In this document: in pieces, positions 1 through 13,163 of the stretch
Layout of the letters: each line of letters begins with the position of its first letter
Numbering within the stretch: the first letter of the stretch is position 1
Origin: Octopus sinensis
Lineage: Eukaryota
Length of the DNA stretch: 64,000 nucleotides
Assembly: GCF_006345805.1 (NCBI RefSeq)
Contig: NC_043017.1
Location: forward strand, 20,956,001-21,020,000
Direction of reading: 5' to 3'
Translations under genes and position numbers: made by a program
Notes under the pieces: model-generated
What the model saw: the letters and a program-made list of their open reading frames with translations, nothing else
Databases searched by the model: none
What the model was told of the DNA's origin: nothing

Positions 1-1078
1 TTGCTACATTCACCCATTTTTTTTAAAACATTCGCTAGACAAAACTTGCCTCTCTACTCTCACTTTCCTTTTCAAGTGGTACTTGAAGAAGTTGATGAGA
101 GATTGACCAGAGAGGAAAGTGTTTGTCTCCAATCCTTTCAGACGCGTCCACCAGATACATTCTTTCGCCATAGCCACAAGGATGATGAAAATAGCTCTTC
201 CTTCCCGTTTGAAGGAAGGAGGCGTGACAATATTGACGATAGACTCAGCTGATAAACCGACTCGTCCCACACGTGACAGCAGTTGTTCGACATAAGCCCA
301 CAGGTCGGAAATTGTTGGACACTGAACGAGTGCGTGCAGAACGGTTTCGTCGCTCTTGACCGCATCTCGGGCAGGTCGGCCCCGTGTTTCTCGAGCCGTG
401 TCTGTAGAGCTTATCCCGAACGGGTAGCGCTTCTCGGTTAGCACTGCCAGGCCAGGGATCTCTGGAAGTTGTCCATGGGCCCTGGCCCGAAAGTCGTCCT
501 GAACAGGCGGGTCAGGTACTCCTCGTCGACGTCCAGGTTCGCCCCGAGCTCGTCGTCGTACCTCCCCTCCACTAACCCTATAGAATGCTTTGGTTGTGTT
601 GAAGTCACTTAAGGTCGACCCAGGACGGCAGAGTTGCTTGAGAGCAACGCGACACTCGCGGTGCCATTCGCCCTTCCTCGGCCTCTTTTTGATCCACGAC
701 TGCAGTTCGGTCATGGAGACGAGCTGCGGGAAAGCGTGCCTCACAAACGGCGACCACACCTGTTCACCGTCGTCTACATAGAGCCAGAGATGTCGCAGTC
801 TCAGCGCGTGTCTGCGCATCATCAACCACGGCATGCCCAGCCCTCCTTTAACGGGTGTTGACAGCAAATGGATCGCCTGACCATCGGGACGCATCCTTTC
901 CACAAGAAGCGAAAGAGGATGCGTTGTAGTTTGGTGATGGTAGGGTCGGGACAAGGTACGACGGTCAGGCGGTAGTAGATGACGGACGCGATGTACGGGT
1001 TCGCCACCTCCGCTCGACTTTTAGGGACAGTTTCCTCTCGGCCCATTGCCGGGCGAGAGTGACCACCCTACTCGTAGA
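1..1078 (-). mobile_element. 5'-truncated L1/Tx1-clade LINE ORF2 remnant (RT thumb to C-terminal CCHC zinc knuckle), frameshifted; runs off the window start
   Basis: Stitched minus frames read W-ERKLSLK-RAEVAN-YIASVIYYRLTVVPCP...LFRFLWKG...KGGLGMPWL and TCPRCGQ..DETVLHALVQC...AKECIWWTR, typical of Tx1/L1 ORF2; at least 3 frameshifts; GC/CpG-rich against an AT-rich background. Confidence 0.85.
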
Positions 1079-1079
1079 G

Positions 1080-1137
<58 letters not shown>

Positions 1138-1154
1138 GTAGGTAGGTAGGTAGG

Positions 1155-1214
<60 letters not shown>

Positions 1215-1216
1215 CA
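1079..1216. repeat. (GATA)n/(GGTA)n microsatellite abutting the LINE 5' truncation
   Basis: Directly visible. Confidence 0.95.
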
Positions 1217-1584
1217 GACATGACAACATACACATCATGGTGTGATTGGAGTAGATTAGCAAAGTGAAAGAAGAATCAGGGGTGGGGAAACAGATCGAGA
1301 GAGAGAAGAGAGAGGGGAGTGTGTGTGTGTGAGACAAAGGGACATAGAGAAGACAGATCCTATGGGTTTAAGTTGATGTCAATTTACATCACACTGCTAT
1401 CAATCACAGTCCTACAGCTGTATAACCTATACAACTGGCTAGTGTTCCCTTAACCTCCCCACCATCACACACACACTGCCCGTTTGTCTGTCTGTCTGTC
1501 TGTCTTGCTCTGTCTCTTTTACAGTTATCTATTCAAGATGTAAGATATCTGTGTCTATACATAACATAATGTGTGTGTATATAC

Positions 1585-1608
1585 ATACAGACATAATTAT
1601 ATATATAT

Positions 1609-1673
<65 letters not shown>

Positions 1674-1863
1674 CATATATATATATACATATACATATAT
1701 ATACATATATTACATATATATATACATATATATATATATACATATATATACATATATATATATATATAATATATATATATCATATATTACATATATATAC
1801 ATACATATATATACATATATATACATATATATATATAACATATATATACATATATATATATAC

Positions 1864-1910
<47 letters not shown>

Positions 1911-1952
1911 TTATATATAATATTATATATATACACACACACACACACACAC

Positions 1953-1991
<39 letters not shown>

Positions 1992-2010
1992 TATGTATGT
2001 ATGTATATAC
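1585..2010. repeat. (TA)n/(TACA)n compound microsatellite
   Basis: Directly visible; source of spurious Y/I ORFs. Confidence 0.95.
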
Positions 2011-2391
2011 CTCAAGAGCTGTGTATATGTTTGGCAAGAAGTCTACCAATTTCCATAACTGATCATAACTGGATTCATTCATTGAGGTCCTCCCCACGCC
2101 CCACACCCCGCCTCTGACCCATGGCTTCTGAGAAAGGTTTTTTTGAAACCTTCCACATAAAATAAGATATAACCATTCTGTCCAAATCCCCAGTGGAGGA
2201 GGTCACATTTGGCTTACATCCATCCCAAACTCAGTGTAGTATATCAGCAGTGAACACAAGCATGGCTGTGTGATTAAGATGGTGGCTTCACAACCATGTG
2301 GACCTGGGGTCAATCCTACTGGACAGCAGCACCTTGGGTTTGTCTTCTGCTATCATCATGGACTTGGGTTGCCCAATATCTCCTATGTTGT

Positions 2392-2825
2392 AAGGCAGCA
2401 AGCTGGCAGAAACATTAGCATGTCGGGTGAAATGCTTAGCAGTCTTTCGTCTGTCTTTACGTTCTGAGTTAAAATTTCACCGAGGTTGACTTTGCCTTTC
2501 ATCCTTTTGGGGTCGATAAATTAAGTACCAGTTGTATACTGAGGTTGATGTAATCAACTTACCCCACCACTCCAGCAAAATTTTGGGCCTTGTGCCTAGA
2601 GTAGAAGAGAATATAAGGCAATGAGCTGGCAGGTGCTCATTGAAATGCTTAGCAGTATTTTGTCTATATTTATGTATTGAGTTCAAATTCCACCGAGGTT
2701 GACTTTGCCTTCATCCTTTCAGGGTCAATAAATCAAGTACTAGTTGTATACTGAGGTCGATGTAATTGACTGCCTCCCACCACTCGCCCCAAATTTCGGG
2801 CCTTGTGCCTAGAGTAGAAGAGAAT
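2392..2825 (+). mobile_element. Two tandem diverged copies of tRNA-headed SINE family B
   Basis: Each has a GAGCTGGCAG head, a GAGTTCAAATTCC B-box-like motif and the core CGAGGTTGACTTTGCCTTTCATCCTTT-GGGGTCGATAAATTAAGTACCAG; units ~2392-2613 and ~2614-2825. Confidence 0.85.
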
Positions 2826-2829
2826 ATCT

Positions 2830-3160
2830 CATAGCAGTTTGAATGGGAAATGATGCCCCACCCACCATATTCACAAGACATTGCCCCATCTGATTATCAT
2901 TTATTCCACTGTCTCCAGAATAATTTGGATGGAAAAAAATATGAATCCTGTAGATGAGGTCAGAATGGTAGTGGAGGAGTAATTTTTGTTGCAGACAAAT
3001 GAATTTTGGAAGAGGGGTCTTGCAAGTCTACCAGATAGATGGTGAAGCATTGTAGAAAATGGAGGGGAGTATATTTTAGATTAAAAAAGAACTTTGTTTA
3101 TCTTAATTCTGAAAATAAAAGAAATATAAAAAACTGCATTATTTATGGGATGACCCAATA
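2830..3160 (+). mobile_element. Mariner transposase C-terminal remnant with right TIR
   Basis: Translates QFEWEMMPHPPYSQDIAPSDYH then (frameshifts, stops) EFWKRGLASLPDRW*SIVENGGEYILD*; ends AACTGCATTATTTATGGGATGACCCAA+TA. Confidence 0.85.
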
Positions 3161-3991
3161 TATAAGTTGCAGGTATGACTGTATGGTTCAGAACTGCATA
3201 CGCAGAAAATGCCAATAATCTTCACAAAAGCAAATTATCATTTGCAATAAATAAGAAAAATTCACCTATTTTGAAATAATCAGAAATAATTTGACAACTT
3301 AAATGCATATCAAATTGTTCTTTCTTCAAAGAATAATGTACTCTTTGACAGAAGTTCTTTGATGTCAGCAGTAATGAAACAGAATGATAAGATTATCTTC
3401 ATGTTTTGAAAAGGCACCAAAAAGTAGTTTTTGAAAATCACAGGAAACTCAGAATTTCTGAGAATGAAATAGCTTTAAAGATTACAAAAGGACAAAAGTA
3501 AATGAAGACAAATCAGGAGGTGGGTGTCTGGAAGAAAAATCAGGTTTTTAAGATACATTTTTTTTTTTTTACTTTTTTCACTAAATTATTATAATATGGC
3601 AAACGTGTTTGTCTTTCCATTTTTTTTTTTTTTGATAATTTTTCTGTTAGAAATGTCTTTGGGAAGGGAAAAGGTGTGGACAGTTCTGTGCTTCATTCTC
3701 TTCCTTTGTTGCCTGCTGCATAAAATCTTTTGGTAAAATGTTTCTTTTACTACAGTTATGGGTCGATCAACAACTTGCTAATGGAATTTGATAGATGGAA
3801 ACTGCAAAAGTCTTCCACGCATGTACACATACACACATACATATATATATGTGTGTGTGTGTGCACATGTGTGTGTGTGTGCACATGTGTGTGTGTGTGC
3901 ACATGTGTGTGTGTGTGTGTGTGTTTATGTCTTTGGTGCAACTTCAACTGTTAAAAACAATGTTGTGTTGTGAGAAAACAAGGATAACTTA

Positions 3992-4350
3992 TCTTTTAAT
4001 CTTTTACTCGTTTCAGTCATGTAACTGCAGCCATGCTGGAGCAATGTCTTGAAAAATTTTTAATTGAATAAATCATCCCCAGTACTTTATTTTTTAGCTA
4101 AGCCTGGCACTTATTCTATCTGTCTCTTTTGCTGAACTGCTAAGTTACGGGGAGGTAAGCACATCAACGCCACTTGGTGGTGGGGAATAAACACAGACAC
4201 AAACACACATGCGATGTACTTCTTCCAGTTTCATTCTACAAAATCCCTTGTGAGTGGATTTTGGTTGACTATAGTAAAAAACATTCACCCAAGGTGCCAC
4301 ACAGTGGGACTGAACCCAGAACCATGTATGTGGTTAGGAAGCAAGCTTCT
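3992..4350 (-). mobile_element. tRNA-headed SINE family A (CORE-like), diverged
   Basis: Reverse copy with head GGTTCAGTCCCACTGTGTGGCACCTTGGG and tail GACTGAAACGAGTAAAAG; ACCTTGGGCAAGT of this family resembles the CORE/MIR domain. Confidence 0.8.
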
Positions 4351-4371
4351 TTTCCAATTGATTTTAAAATT

Positions 4372-4536
4372 AATTAACAATGTATTATAAAAACGACTTT
4401 GTCATATAATCTAGTGTTCAGGATAAAAATTAACACGAAATTTTAATTTGAAACCTTAATTTAGATGACTTTAAAATAGGGAATTTCTATTATAGAACCG
4501 GGGCAGTTTCAGGGAGGCTGATATCAAAACGGTTAA
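4372..4536 (-). mobile_element. Partial TTAA-bounded (piggyBac-type) MITE
   Basis: Ends GATATCAAAACGGTTAA, same family as 9132-9344 and 51462-51688. Confidence 0.55.
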
Positions 4537-4601
4537 GAAATTTGTAAATTGGTTAGCGGAACTGCATGTATACTTATGTGCTTGTGTAATTGTAGAGAGA
4601 T

Positions 4602-4948
4602 AGTTAAGTTAAGTTAATTTTTTGGCTCAAAAAGCAAAAAGCAAGGCCATGTAGGGGGACATGGAGTTATGTACAGGGTGGTGTTCATGCAAAGAGTTCA
4701 AGCCATTTCTGGTCAAGAGAGACTTTGAACCGAGCGGTCGTCGGCATCTTCACTATCTCATCTGGCAGTTTATTCCACGGATCCGCAACCCGGATGGAGA
4801 AAGCCCCTCTCCTTCGATTAAGATGAAATCGTCACAGATAGAGCTTTTCAGAGTGACCCCGCAGCCGACGCTCTGGAGCAGGAGTGAAGAACAGCTCTTT
4901 TGAGAGGTTACACTTTCCGCTTATGATGTTGTGAGCAAGAATGAGATG
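4602..4948 (-). mobile_element. CR1/L2-type LINE 3' end with (TTAAC)n tail
   Basis: Minus frame 4948-4685: HLILAHNIISGK...RLRGHSEKLYL*RFHLNRRRGAFSIRVADPWNKLPDEIVKMPTTARFKVSLDQKW; one in-frame TGA (likely a CGA decay); short tandem tail at ~4602-4620. Confidence 0.85.
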
Positions 4949-4980
4949 AATACACACACACACCCAACCTCATACACATA

Positions 4981-5190
4981 AGCCAGAGGTTTGGTTCAAA
5001 TGTTTACCATTCTATACAAGACAGAGAACGATGTGCTTAACAACTTCTGCTTAACCCTTTTCTTACAATATTTCTATAGAAAATGCCTCACCTTTTGAAA
5101 ATAATGAAGAATTTGGTAAAATGGCTTTGTCGTTATTCAGCTGGTGAATGGAACATAAGTTTAGATGGGATTTTTATGGATGGTTCTAAT
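4981..5190 (-). repeat. Unit E (~90 bp) plus TTAA MITE start
   Basis: GGTTCAAATGTTTACCATTCTAT-AAGACAGAGAA-GAT..CTTAAC followed by TTAACCCTTT; same arrangement at 9345-9636. Confidence 0.65.
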
Positions 5191-5439
5191 TAAAATAACC
5201 ATAAAAGAAGAAGTTTGTATCAGAAAATGGGAGGTGGTGTCCATATCCAATTGGCACTGCAATGGAAACCTGCATGCAAATGACAGAGCTGCTTTGGTAA
5301 GGAATTTTTAACATGGGAACCATGGCATGTGTTGCATGTAAAAATGTCACATAACAATAGTTTTGAATAGATGGAGGTGGACATAAGCCAAGGAAGAACA
5401 CAAGAAGGCAAGAAAGAGAGAGAGAAAGATACGAAGAGA

Positions 5440-5670
5440 GAGAGGGAGAGAGAATGAAAGAGATAAAGAAAAGGGAAGGATACAAAGAGAGAGAGAGAGA
5501 GAATGAGAGAGATAAAGAAAAGGGAAAGATACAAAGAGAGAGAGAGAATGAGAGAGATAAAGAAAAGGGAAGGATACAAGGAGAGAAACAGAGAGAGAGA
5601 GAATGAGAGAGATAAAGAAAAGGGAAGGAGAGAAAGAGAGAGAGAGAATGAGAGAGATAAAGAGTAAGAT
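5440..5670. repeat. (GA)n-based ~45-50 bp tandem repeat, ~5 units
   Basis: Repeating GAGAGAGAATGAGAGAGATAAAGAAAAGGGAAGGATACAAA. Confidence 0.85.
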
Positions 5671-5894
5671 AAAAATGCTGAGAGAGAGAGAGAAAGTGAG
5701 AGAGTAGCATTTTGTATTACCCTTAAGGGTAGTTTACCATTTTTATGATCCTATAACCTATTCTATGTTCAATGTGTTCTGAGAAAATGCCAAATTGGGG
5801 TTTGCTTGAGAATCATTAGCTTTTCAAACATATCCCAATGCCTTGTTGTAGGATATAATAACAGCGAATATTCTATGCTAGGTTTTAAAAGACA

Positions 5895-6420
5895 GCAAAT
5901 TGTTAAGTGGATCCTTCTCTGCCTTTTACAGAATGGCTAACATTTGAAACAGCCCCCTGGTTCTTTGCCTGCCAACTTACAACTTCTGAAACCTTTAAAT
6001 TCGAAACCACCATAGACAGCTCCAGGTTTTATGATACAAGCTTCCTATTTGAAAGTGATCTAAATTAAGGCTTTCTATTAAAATTTTGTGTTAATCTCCT
6101 TTAAGTTTTGGTTACAAACACTAGATTAATAATGATGAAGCTATTTATTAAAATACCTCATTATTTTCAAAATTAATTACAACAAAAGCAGTGTGTTTTA
6201 ACATTATTATGCTACTGAGACAATTTAAGTGGACCCTTCACTGTGTTTTATAGAATGGAAAATGTTTGAAACAGACCTTCTGGTTCTTTGTCTACCAACT
6301 TCAAAATTCTTTAATCTTTTGATAACATCTTACCTGAGGCTACCTCTAGTCCTGACACAAATTTTCTGTTTTAAAGGGATCTAAATAATACCATAAAAAT
6401 TTCATGTTAATCTGTTTGCA
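5895..6420 (+). repeat. Two diverged tandem [unit E + TTAA MITE] modules
   Basis: AAGTGGA-CCTTC-CTG..TTT-AGAATGG at ~5906 and ~6227, each followed by degenerate MITE body (..GATCTAAAT..AAAATTT..TGTTAATC). Confidence 0.55.
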
Positions 6421-6713
6421 TCTCAACTTATTCTTTGACAGAGCCAGGGTAACAGGACCAGCCTATAGGGTTGTAAATATTTACATGAAACATCTAATCG
6501 CCCTATCAGTTGGCAGCTGGACCGGTACTAACTCAGGCGACAGGTTCTAAGTCAAGTGGTATATAATTATATTGACCGATTTAAAGCTTGTACATTGTGT
6601 GTGTAAACTTACAGTAACCATTTTAAAAAGGTTAATGGTGGTGGCACTAGTAGCAATAGTGATGGTGGTGCTGATAGTGAAGGCAACTGCAGGGACAATT
6701 AGGATAATGATAA

Positions 6714-6926
6714 TCTTTTCTACTCTAGGCACAACCCAAAATTTTTGGGGAGGGGGCCAGTTGATTAGATTGGCCCCCAGTACTCAACTGGTACTTAATT
6801 TATGGACCCTGAAAGGATGAAAGGCAAAGTTGACCTATGAGGAATTTGAACTCAGAATGTAAAGACAGACGAAACACCACTAAGCATTTTGCCCAGCGTG
6901 CTAACTTTTCTGCCCGCTCGCTGCCT
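6714..6926 (-). mobile_element. SINE family B
   Basis: Reverse core GGTACTTAATTTAT-GACCCTGAAAGGATGAAAGGCAAAGTTGACC, GAATTTGAACTCAG. Confidence 0.85.
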
Positions 6927-7115
6927 ATGATGATGATGATGATGGTGGTGACGATGACGACGGCAGTGAAGAGGGTGATTCTGATAACAAACGGAACCAA
7001 ATAAGTGACTTGAGAGCATCTCAAGTAAAAAAGAAAGCACATTTCTTAGAATGAACATTTATAAAGACATTTGAATGTGTATACATGCACACATACCTGT
7101 GTTTATATGTGTGTG

Positions 7116-7168
<53 letters not shown>

Positions 7169-7271
7169 GTACACAACATCTACAGTACTCTCTGTGTCTG
7201 TCTGTCTATCTGTCTCTCTCTCTCTCTCTCACTTGCACAAAATACACACTCATGCACTAATATATATCCAC

Positions 7272-7305
<34 letters not shown>

Positions 7306-7306
<1 letters not shown>

Positions 7307-7680
7307 TGCTTACCAACAACATGGTTCTAGGTTCAGTCCCACTGTATGGCACCTTGGACAAGTGTCTTCTACTATAGCCTCGGGCTGACCAAAGCCTTGT
7401 GAGTGGATTTAGTAGAGGGAAAAAGAAAGAAGCCTGTCGTATATATGTATATGCATGTGTGTGTGTGTATGTGTGTCTCATTTTGTCTCCCCACCTGAAT
7501 CATCATTTGACAACCGATGTTGGTGTGTTTATGTCCCTGTAACTTAGCGGTTTGGCAAAAGAGACCAATAAAGTTCTAGGCTTACAAAGAATAACTCCTG
7601 GAGTCGATTTGTTCAACTAAAAAGGCGGTGCTCCAGCATAGCCGCAGTCAAATGACTGAAACAAATAAAAGAATAAAAGA
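7306..7680 (+). mobile_element. SINE family A, near full length
   Basis: Head, central (TA/TG)n, tail GGCGGTGCTCCAGCATAGCCGCAGTCAAATGACTGAAACAAATAAAAGA. Confidence 0.9.
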
Positions 7681-8154
7681 ATATATATATATATATGTAT
7701 ACACACGTACAAGTACACACACACATAAATACACGTACACACACACACATACACATACACACACACATACAAACACACACATACACACATATATATGCAC
7801 ACATATCAATTTCTTTCCTTGCAATACTCTCACACATCTTGAGTAGATATCTTTAAAACTCTCATCAAATCCATTCTCCATACGAACACCATTCCGTTAT
7901 ATCAGAAGGAATCAAAGACACACTAAACAGGAATTACATTCAACTTTCAGGCTTCCGAATCGTATAAATACTTCAAAGACGCTCATTTTAATTCGGTTTC
8001 GTTGTTAAAGATTAATACATTTTAAAGAATTATAGGTTTTAAAAGCATTTTGATGCTAACATATTGCTTTCTTATCATGCACGTGTTTTGTATAAAAACA
8101 TACGCAAACTCGTATGTGTGTGTGTGTGCGTGTGTGTATGTGTGTATATGAGTC

Positions 8155-8214
<60 letters not shown>

Positions 8215-8281
8215 CATATATCATCATTATCATCGTCATCATTTAATGTCTGCCTTACATGCTAGCATGTATATGCTACCA

Positions 8282-8314
<33 letters not shown>

Positions 8315-9131
8315 GGATGGGTTTATATGTAGGCATGTGTGTATAAATGTTTATTTACATATATGTGCATGAACGCATGTATGTACATATATAAATATAT
8401 ACATGTATGCATATTTAAATATGTATATAGATATATGTGTATGTATGTATATGGACATATGAATTGAAAGAATTATACACATACACAAAGACTCACACAC
8501 ACATTTAATTATACACATACACATATATACAGACATATACTATTTTTATCTCTATATCTCTATCTGTACATAATATATATATTTTTCTATCTATCTATCT
8601 ATCTATCTATACACACATATACACACAAATTAATATACATGTGTATATATTCATACATATATGTGAGTGTGATTAAGTATGCGTTTGTATGTATATATAT
8701 GTATAATATATATATATATGTTTGTGTGTGTATATATGTATATATATGTTTATACAATTTTCTTCCTCATTTTCTTTACAAACAACTTAGCAATAAACAG
8801 ATTGATTTTTGAGTTTTCTCTTCAATATTTTTCAAAACAGATCAATTGCATACGTACATACATTCAATTCAGTTTTAATTGAAATACTTGTTATTCAATT
8901 CTCAAAATTTGAAATCTGCAAAATTCAAAATTTCACATCATCATTATTAACTTCAAAGGAGCCTGTATGTGGTTGCTCAGTATACTAGAAAAAACAGCCA
9001 AAATCTCACCTAAATTACAACTTTTGCCACTTAGAAACGAACATGTCAGATAACAAGCAAATGACAGAGTTCCTGTTCCATATAAGTGATTTCCAAAGTT
9101 TCTGAAACCCAGTTACATTATCCCTCTGTAA

Positions 9132-9636
9132 TCAACCCTTTTGTTACCATATTTCTGTTGAAATACACTGCCTGTCTTTTAATTCAAAAATAATGAAGAA
9201 TTTAGTGAAATATTTTCGTCATTATAAACCTGGTGTCTTCAATATAAATTAAACCTGAAATTTTGAAAAGCGGTTTTGAATAACGTCTCTTAAAAACAGT
9301 GAATTTGAGCCATAGTTTCAGTGAACTGGTATCGAAAGTGTTAAGAATTTTTTAAGTTGGTAGGCAGGGAACCAGAAGATCTGGTTCAAATGTTTACCAT
9401 TCTATAAAAGACAGAGAAGGATCTACTTAACAATTCCTACTTAACCCTTCTGTTACCATATTTCTGTTGTAAAACACTGCTTGTGTTTCGATTAATTTTG
9501 AAAATAAGGAAAAATTTACTAAAATAATTTTGTTATTATTAAGCAATGTTTGGTGGAAGATTTTGATTCAATAGCTTAGACCACTTTTAAAAAGCAGTGA
9601 TTCTGCATCATAGAATTAGTGAGGCTTTCAGGCAAG
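9132..9636 (-). mobile_element. TTAA MITE - unit E - TTAA MITE tandem
   Basis: MITE 9132-9344 (AACCCTTTTGTTACC...GGTATCGAAAGTGTTAA), unit E 9345-9440, second MITE from TTAACCCTTCTGTTACC at 9441. Confidence 0.7.
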
Positions 9637-9640
9637 TTTT

Positions 9641-9975
9641 TCTTTTACTTGTTTCAGTCATTTGACTGCAGCCATGCTGGAGCACCTCAGAGCTTATTTA
9701 TTAAGCCTAGTACTTATTCTATTGTTCTTTTTTGCTGAACTGTTAAGTTACAGGGATGTAAACACACCAGCGCAGTTTTTCAAATGGAGATGGGAAGACA
9801 AATACAGACACAAAGACACACACTGATATATATATATAAATATGACAGGCTTCTTTCGGTTCCTGTCTACCAAATCCACTCACAAAGCTTTGGTCAGCCC
9901 AAGGCTATAGTGGAAGACACTTGCCCAAGGTGCCATGCAGTGGGACTGAACCTGGAACCATGTCATTGGGAAGCA
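9641..9975 (-). mobile_element. SINE family A
   Basis: Reverse tail and head motifs. Confidence 0.85.
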
Positions 9976-10098
9976 ATAAAGTTTAAATACTTTCCAAATA
10001 ATTCCAAAGTGCAGATTCCAGGGTAGGTGAGTAAAATATAAACGAGTAAAAGGGATGTATAATTGTAATGAATTGACACTTGTACTTCTTTGTTACTC

Positions 10099-10153
<55 letters not shown>

Positions 10154-10161
10154 ATATATAT

Positions 10162-10390
10162 ATTTATTGTTGTATCTGGGGAGAGTCATTCTCATTTAGT
10201 GCTTTATTATTTAACACACTCACCGGTAAAGTTTTCACTCATTTACTTATTTATTTTTCCAAATTTTAACACAGCTTGGATAATGAACAGAGTCAATGAC
10301 TATTGAAAAGGTTGCAAGATGCAACGAAAATTTTAGGAAAAATAAATAAATGAGTGGAAACTTTACCGGTGAGTGTGTTAAATATTAAGA
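10162..10390 (+). mobile_element. Short fold-back unit next to (TA)n with a decayed hammerhead in the spacer (Penelope-like pLTR candidate)
   Basis: Inverted arms ~10208-10267 / ~10327-10384; spacer CTTGG-ATAATGA-AC-AGAGTC-AAT-GACTAT-T-GAAA-AGG-TT-GCAAG. Confidence 0.55.
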
Positions 10391-11439
10391 ACGTTCAGGA
10401 ACTTAGGTGAACACTGATCATCATTTTACTAAAATATGATCAAAACTGGAAACAAAAAGCACAAAAACAACCAATCAAATAATAATAAAATAGACACACA
10501 CCTGGACACATACATATACATATATACATAGATATACAAACAAATACACACATGCACACACACACACATAAATATATAAATACAATGCTAAACCATTTTC
10601 AGAAATTTTAATATTTTCATCAAGAAATTATAAAAACTTCCAAAGCAAATTCAATTATGTGTCCATAGTATGTTTCTCTCTTATAATAAAGCACACATTT
10701 TACCCCAGTCACAGACTTAGGTCTTTTATTGAATAATTCATATCAATAAATTATGTATTTTCTTCTTGTAGTAAGTCTAGTTGTTGTTGTTGTTATTATT
10801 ATTAATTTTGTTATTGTTGTTGTTGTTTTGTGCATTTTTTTGGTATCTATTTTATTTCATTTCGTTCTATATCATTAATACTTTCACACAAATATGCATG
10901 TTACTTTAATCTCTAAGTACATTTTTAAATATTTTCTTTTCACTTTCTTTGCAGAATATAATTTCACAAGTTTTAAAAGAATTTAATTGAAATTATTTCC
11001 ATTTCAGGAAAATCAATTTACTTACTGAATTATAATAATTCCAACATTTCATTTCATTTTACCGAATTTTGTTCAGCATTTTTCCATTTTTTGCTTACAT
11101 TTTTTCTTTTATTTTTTCTATTATTATCCTCTTAATTAGATGCAGTTCATCCTTGCATGCATTTATAATTATCAGTAGTTTATTAACCAATAACCCATTT
11201 CCTATCTTATAATTCAATTAGAATTAAACCAAAATTTGTAAGAATCCTAATAACTGTGCGTGTTTTGTGGTTCATGGTTTACACTATAATTCTATAAAGC
11301 ATTATCTTTCTTATTGGTAAGACTTAACTCTTTCATTCATGGCACAAATATTCATGTCTCCATCATACGGTCATTCATGCCACTTACTCTGAGAAGAGAT
11401 TCGAAATCAAGCAGATACTGGGGTCAAAAGGCCTTTAAC

Positions 11440-12620
11440 CATGAAGTAGATAGGGCTGCCTCACTAATTTAGGAACCATGGGAATCTTTATCAAATTTTG
11501 CCAAAAGCTTGGCAATACCTGCTCAGAGGCCTATGAGCCATGGAAAAGCACCCAGTGAACTTTGTAAAATCTCAGGTTGAGAGAATATTTTAGTGTTACA
11601 GAATACATGGTTACCTCATTAGTGCTGGTGCCACTCAGCACATTTTGTAAAATCTAAAATTGACAGAAGCTTTCAGTGTTCTTGAGGACAGGGCTACATC
11701 ACCCGTGGACATGTTTACAAAGTCAGAAAACAGCACAGCTCCCATGACTTTCAGAAACATTTTTTCACGCTAAGAGTTGCTGAAGCATGGAACAAACTGC
11801 CGGCATCAGTTGTTAGTTGTCGGAGCACTGCATCCTTCAAAACTTCCATGCTTTCTGAGATTTGCCAACACTACACCTGATTTTCTCCCCTCCATACACA
11901 TGCAAGCATGTATCTGACTCATACACTGTTCACTTTCCAGACATTTGTACATTACTGCATGTACTTTATACACACTTTTGACAAGTTGTGGTGCACCTGA
12001 GCACTGTATACAATAATTTCATTATTATATCACTATTGCTGGTGCCATGTTAAAAAGCATTTAGTACACTCTGTATTGAGGTCGAGAGAAACTTTTAGTG
12101 TCCTTGAGGATAGGGCTACTTAACTGGTATTTGTGCCATATAAAAAGTATCCACTAATGAGGTTTTTGCTTAATGGAAGAGTGATGGGCAGAAAATGAAA
12201 GACGACAGGAATGAAAGAAGTAAAGGAAAGAAATAAAAAAAACTGTAATATAAAATAAATTATAAACTTATATAATTGAAGGAAAATGCAAAAAAACAAG
12301 TGTAGGCAGGGGAACCATGAAAGAATCTTTTAGTGTTAATGTGGACTGGGTGACCTCACCAGTGCTGCAGGAAAAGTACTCAAAACACTCAGTAAGGTAG
12401 GGAGTCGAGAGAATCTTTTAGTGTTGTCAAGGATAGGCCCACCTCACTAGTGTAGGTGCTGTAATATACAGCAACCACTTCACTCACTTAGATGTAAATA
12501 TGAGAGGACTCGCTGGTCCTACTGAGAACACGATACCTCTTTTGTGCTGATGCCAGGTGCCATGAGAAAACAAAGAAAAAAACAAAAAAAGCACCCAGTA
12601 CACTCTGTAAAGTGTTTTTA
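11440..12620 (+). repeat. Old diverged ~70-80 bp tandem-like array related to the family C element body, interrupted by a CR1 fragment
   Basis: Recurring GAGAATCTTTTAGTGT..GAGGATAGGGCTACCTCACTAGTGCTGGTGCCA..AAAAAGCACCCAGTACACTCTGTA. Confidence 0.55.
11703..12028 (+). mobile_element. CR1/L2-type LINE 3' end with (ATT)n tail and ATCAC target-site duplication
   Basis: 11701-11880 translates TRGHVYKVRKQHSSHDFQKHFFTLRVAEAWNKLPASVVSCRSTASFKTSM; ATCAC at 11698-11702 and 12029-12033. Confidence 0.85.
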
Positions 12621-12969
12621 ATTTTAGGAAGGACATCTGGCTATGGAAATCAAGAACTATCGTCCTCATCATTTCAACACTACCAGCAGCCCTGCCATCA
12701 TCATCATCATCATCATCACAACCAACCAGCTAGCCAGCCAGTCAGCCAGCCAACACTGACAACATAAACTAACTGTTTGAGACATAATCAAAGTGTCTGA
12801 TCTATAAACCATTAGAGTTATTTAAATCACTGAGGTAAATAAATATGTAAAAATAAATAAAATGAATAACAGAAAGCAAAAACAAAAGAAAATCCACCAT
12901 CCCCCCCCCCCCAAATCTCATCAGAAATCGTTCTTTAAAGAATAAATATGTATTTTTATAATAAAAATA

Positions 12970-13016
12970 GTCATTTCCATTGCTGTTGTTATTATTATTA
13001 CAATCATATTATTATC

Positions 13017-13048
<32 letters not shown>

Positions 13049-13115
13049 TACTATCATCATCATCATTATTAATATTATTATTATTATCATTATTAATATT
13101 ACTATCATTATCATA

Positions 13116-13163
<48 letters not shown>

